This document shows, in pieces, positions 62,440-64,000 of a stretch of DNA of 64,000 nt. Under the pieces are notes generated by a model. It made no database searches. It was given only the letters and a program-made list of their open reading frames with translations, and had not been told where the DNA came from. Position numbers and translations under genes: made by a program. Source of the stretch: Isurus oxyrinchus (taxonomy: Eukaryota). Position 1 is the first letter of the stretch. Every line of letters starts with the position of its first letter. The DNA lies in assembly GCA_026770705.1 (NCBI GenBank), contig JANJGN010000026.1:34906001-34970000 (forward strand), given 5' to 3'.

Positions 62440-62567
62440 CTTCACCAGAGTGACGGCAGTGCTGTAGAAAATGCTCAGGAAGAACAGGATGATGAATGTG
62501 GAAGCGGTTGTCCAGATGTTGCCGTTATCATCCTCAGAGTCTTCAATCCAGGTGTGGTCTGTGGAAT
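62440..62567 (-). CDS. Ig heavy chain membrane exon TM1 (shark IgM/IgW/IgNAR type; isotype not resolved)
   Basis: tag|(D)STDHTWIEDSEDDNGNIWTTASTFIILFFLSIFYSTAVTLVK|gtgag: acidic spacer plus the conserved antigen-receptor TM motif; open frame, phase 1 to phase 0. Confidence 0.95.
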
Positions 62568-63119
62568 CTACGGGGATATAACGGAGCGGATAGAATTAGA
62601 TTGTTTATTAATCGAGGATATCTTTTAAAAAATATTCTCTTTACTCTTTCCTAAGTTATTAATGTATTCTCTAATTTAATGTTCAATGTATATCTACTTT
62701 TAAGCTCGTGAATTTCAGCAACCTATCTCTGTAACTATCTCCACAGCTGTTCTTCCTTTACAATCCTCATACAGTCCGAGTCGCAAAATATGGAAAATTA
62801 TCTCCAGTATCAGTTTATTTTCGAACAATTTTGTACGATCTATTATTGGAGAATGTTATGATGGATAGCGAGAGAGATTCACTGAGCAACCTATTTCGAA
62901 ACTGTGGACGTTGCTTTTTAAAATCTCGGCCGTGATTTCCCATCTTGTTTCTTTATTTGTTTTGGAAATGTTTGGTGCGTCATTAACTTAAATCAGTTTC
63001 TCAGTAAGAACATTGTTTCAGTGTGCTTTTTGCATCATTTTGTAAGAGGGACAATTTCCGGAGGATAAGTCGGTTAAAAAAGTACATTTGAGTTATACTT
63101 TCTTCAATAGCCTGGCGTT

Positions 63120-64000
63120 TGTGTCATGCTTTAGCTTTTGTGTATGTGTGCATGAGTATATCTTGCCTTTCATCACTCTTTGTTTCTGTGTCCATATGTG
63201 TGTATGAGTATTGACGTGTGTTTATTTGCCAATGAGTGCTGACTTGTGCATTTTTGTGTTTGCGTCTGCATGTATATTTTGTTTTTTTGTCAATATGTAT
63301 ATATGAGTGTGTTATTGTGTGTGTTTATGCATTGATATCTAGGTTTATTTATTACTATCTGTGTTAATACGTGTTTATGCGTTCTTGTCTGCTAATATGA
63401 GAGTTAATGTTTCTTTTTGTGTTCCACGTATGTGTCAGCATATTAATGTCTGTGTCACAGCGTGTGTGTGTGTGAGTGTGTGTGTGTGCGTGCGAACGTG
63501 TGTGAGAGAGAGTTTTTTATGTGTGCATTTGTGTGTTGATGGATATTTAGAACTATGTATCAATGTGTGTTTATGTTTTCGTACATATTAACGTGTGTTT
63601 TTTGTGTTCTCCTGTGTATAAGCATGTTTCATGTTTGTGTCTACATGTGTGCCTGTGAATGTGTTAGTCTCTTCCTCTATCTGTTTGTCTGTCTGGTTGT
63701 CGTCTGCTCATGTGTGTGCATGTGTCCATGTGTATCGATGCACTTGTTTTAATCTGAATGATAGTGTGTGTCTTTTTGTCTGTATTTCTGTCATTATGAA
63801 TGTGTGATTATGCATATTTGTGTCCTTATATGAGTCTGCTTGTCTGGTTTTATCTGTTTGTGTGTGCGTGATTGTGTATGTGTGTGTGTGTGTGTATGTG
63901 TGCATGCGCGTGCGTGTATTTGTGTGTGTGTGCAATTGTGTATGTGTGTTCCTGTGCCTGCATTTGTGTGTGTATTTGTGTTTGTGTGTGATTGTGTGCA
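63120..64000 (+). repeat. TG-rich degenerate microsatellite (IgH intron)
   Basis: Direct read. Confidence 0.9.

Noticed and set aside
62293-62567. Splicing of NAR-TCR cassette 2 onto the IgH TM exons
   Set aside because: Same strand, but the TM exons lie upstream of the cassette.

Overview
Vertebrate genomic DNA, almost certainly from a cartilaginous fish (shark): it has NAR-TCR segments, a shark-type Ig heavy-chain membrane exon and shark-type LINE/SINE repeats. Bases ~1-44.7 kb are a dense, mostly decayed T-cell-receptor alpha/delta-type array in mixed orientations. It holds about ten conventional V segments, only one of them apparently intact (15306-15812). It also holds two convergent NAR-TCR cassettes (leader, IgNAR-like V, D, J, then a leaderless supporting TCR-delta V) at 25.4-29.9 kb (+) and 37.4-42.8 kb (-), with one or two TCR-type J segments between them. 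The minus-strand cassette has its V already fused to D: the V RSS, V-D interval and D 5' RSS are cleanly absent, which suggests a germline RAG join in a TCR-type gene. From ~44.9 kb the sequence switches abruptly to C2H2 zinc-finger pseudogenes, tRNA pseudogenes and retroelements. It ends with intact-looking IgH transmembrane exons TM1/TM2 (minus strand, 62.3-62.6 kb), so an IgH gene ends ~17 kb from the TCR V array. No TCR constant exon is recognisable in the window. All assignments come from manual reading and motif recognition; no database search was run.
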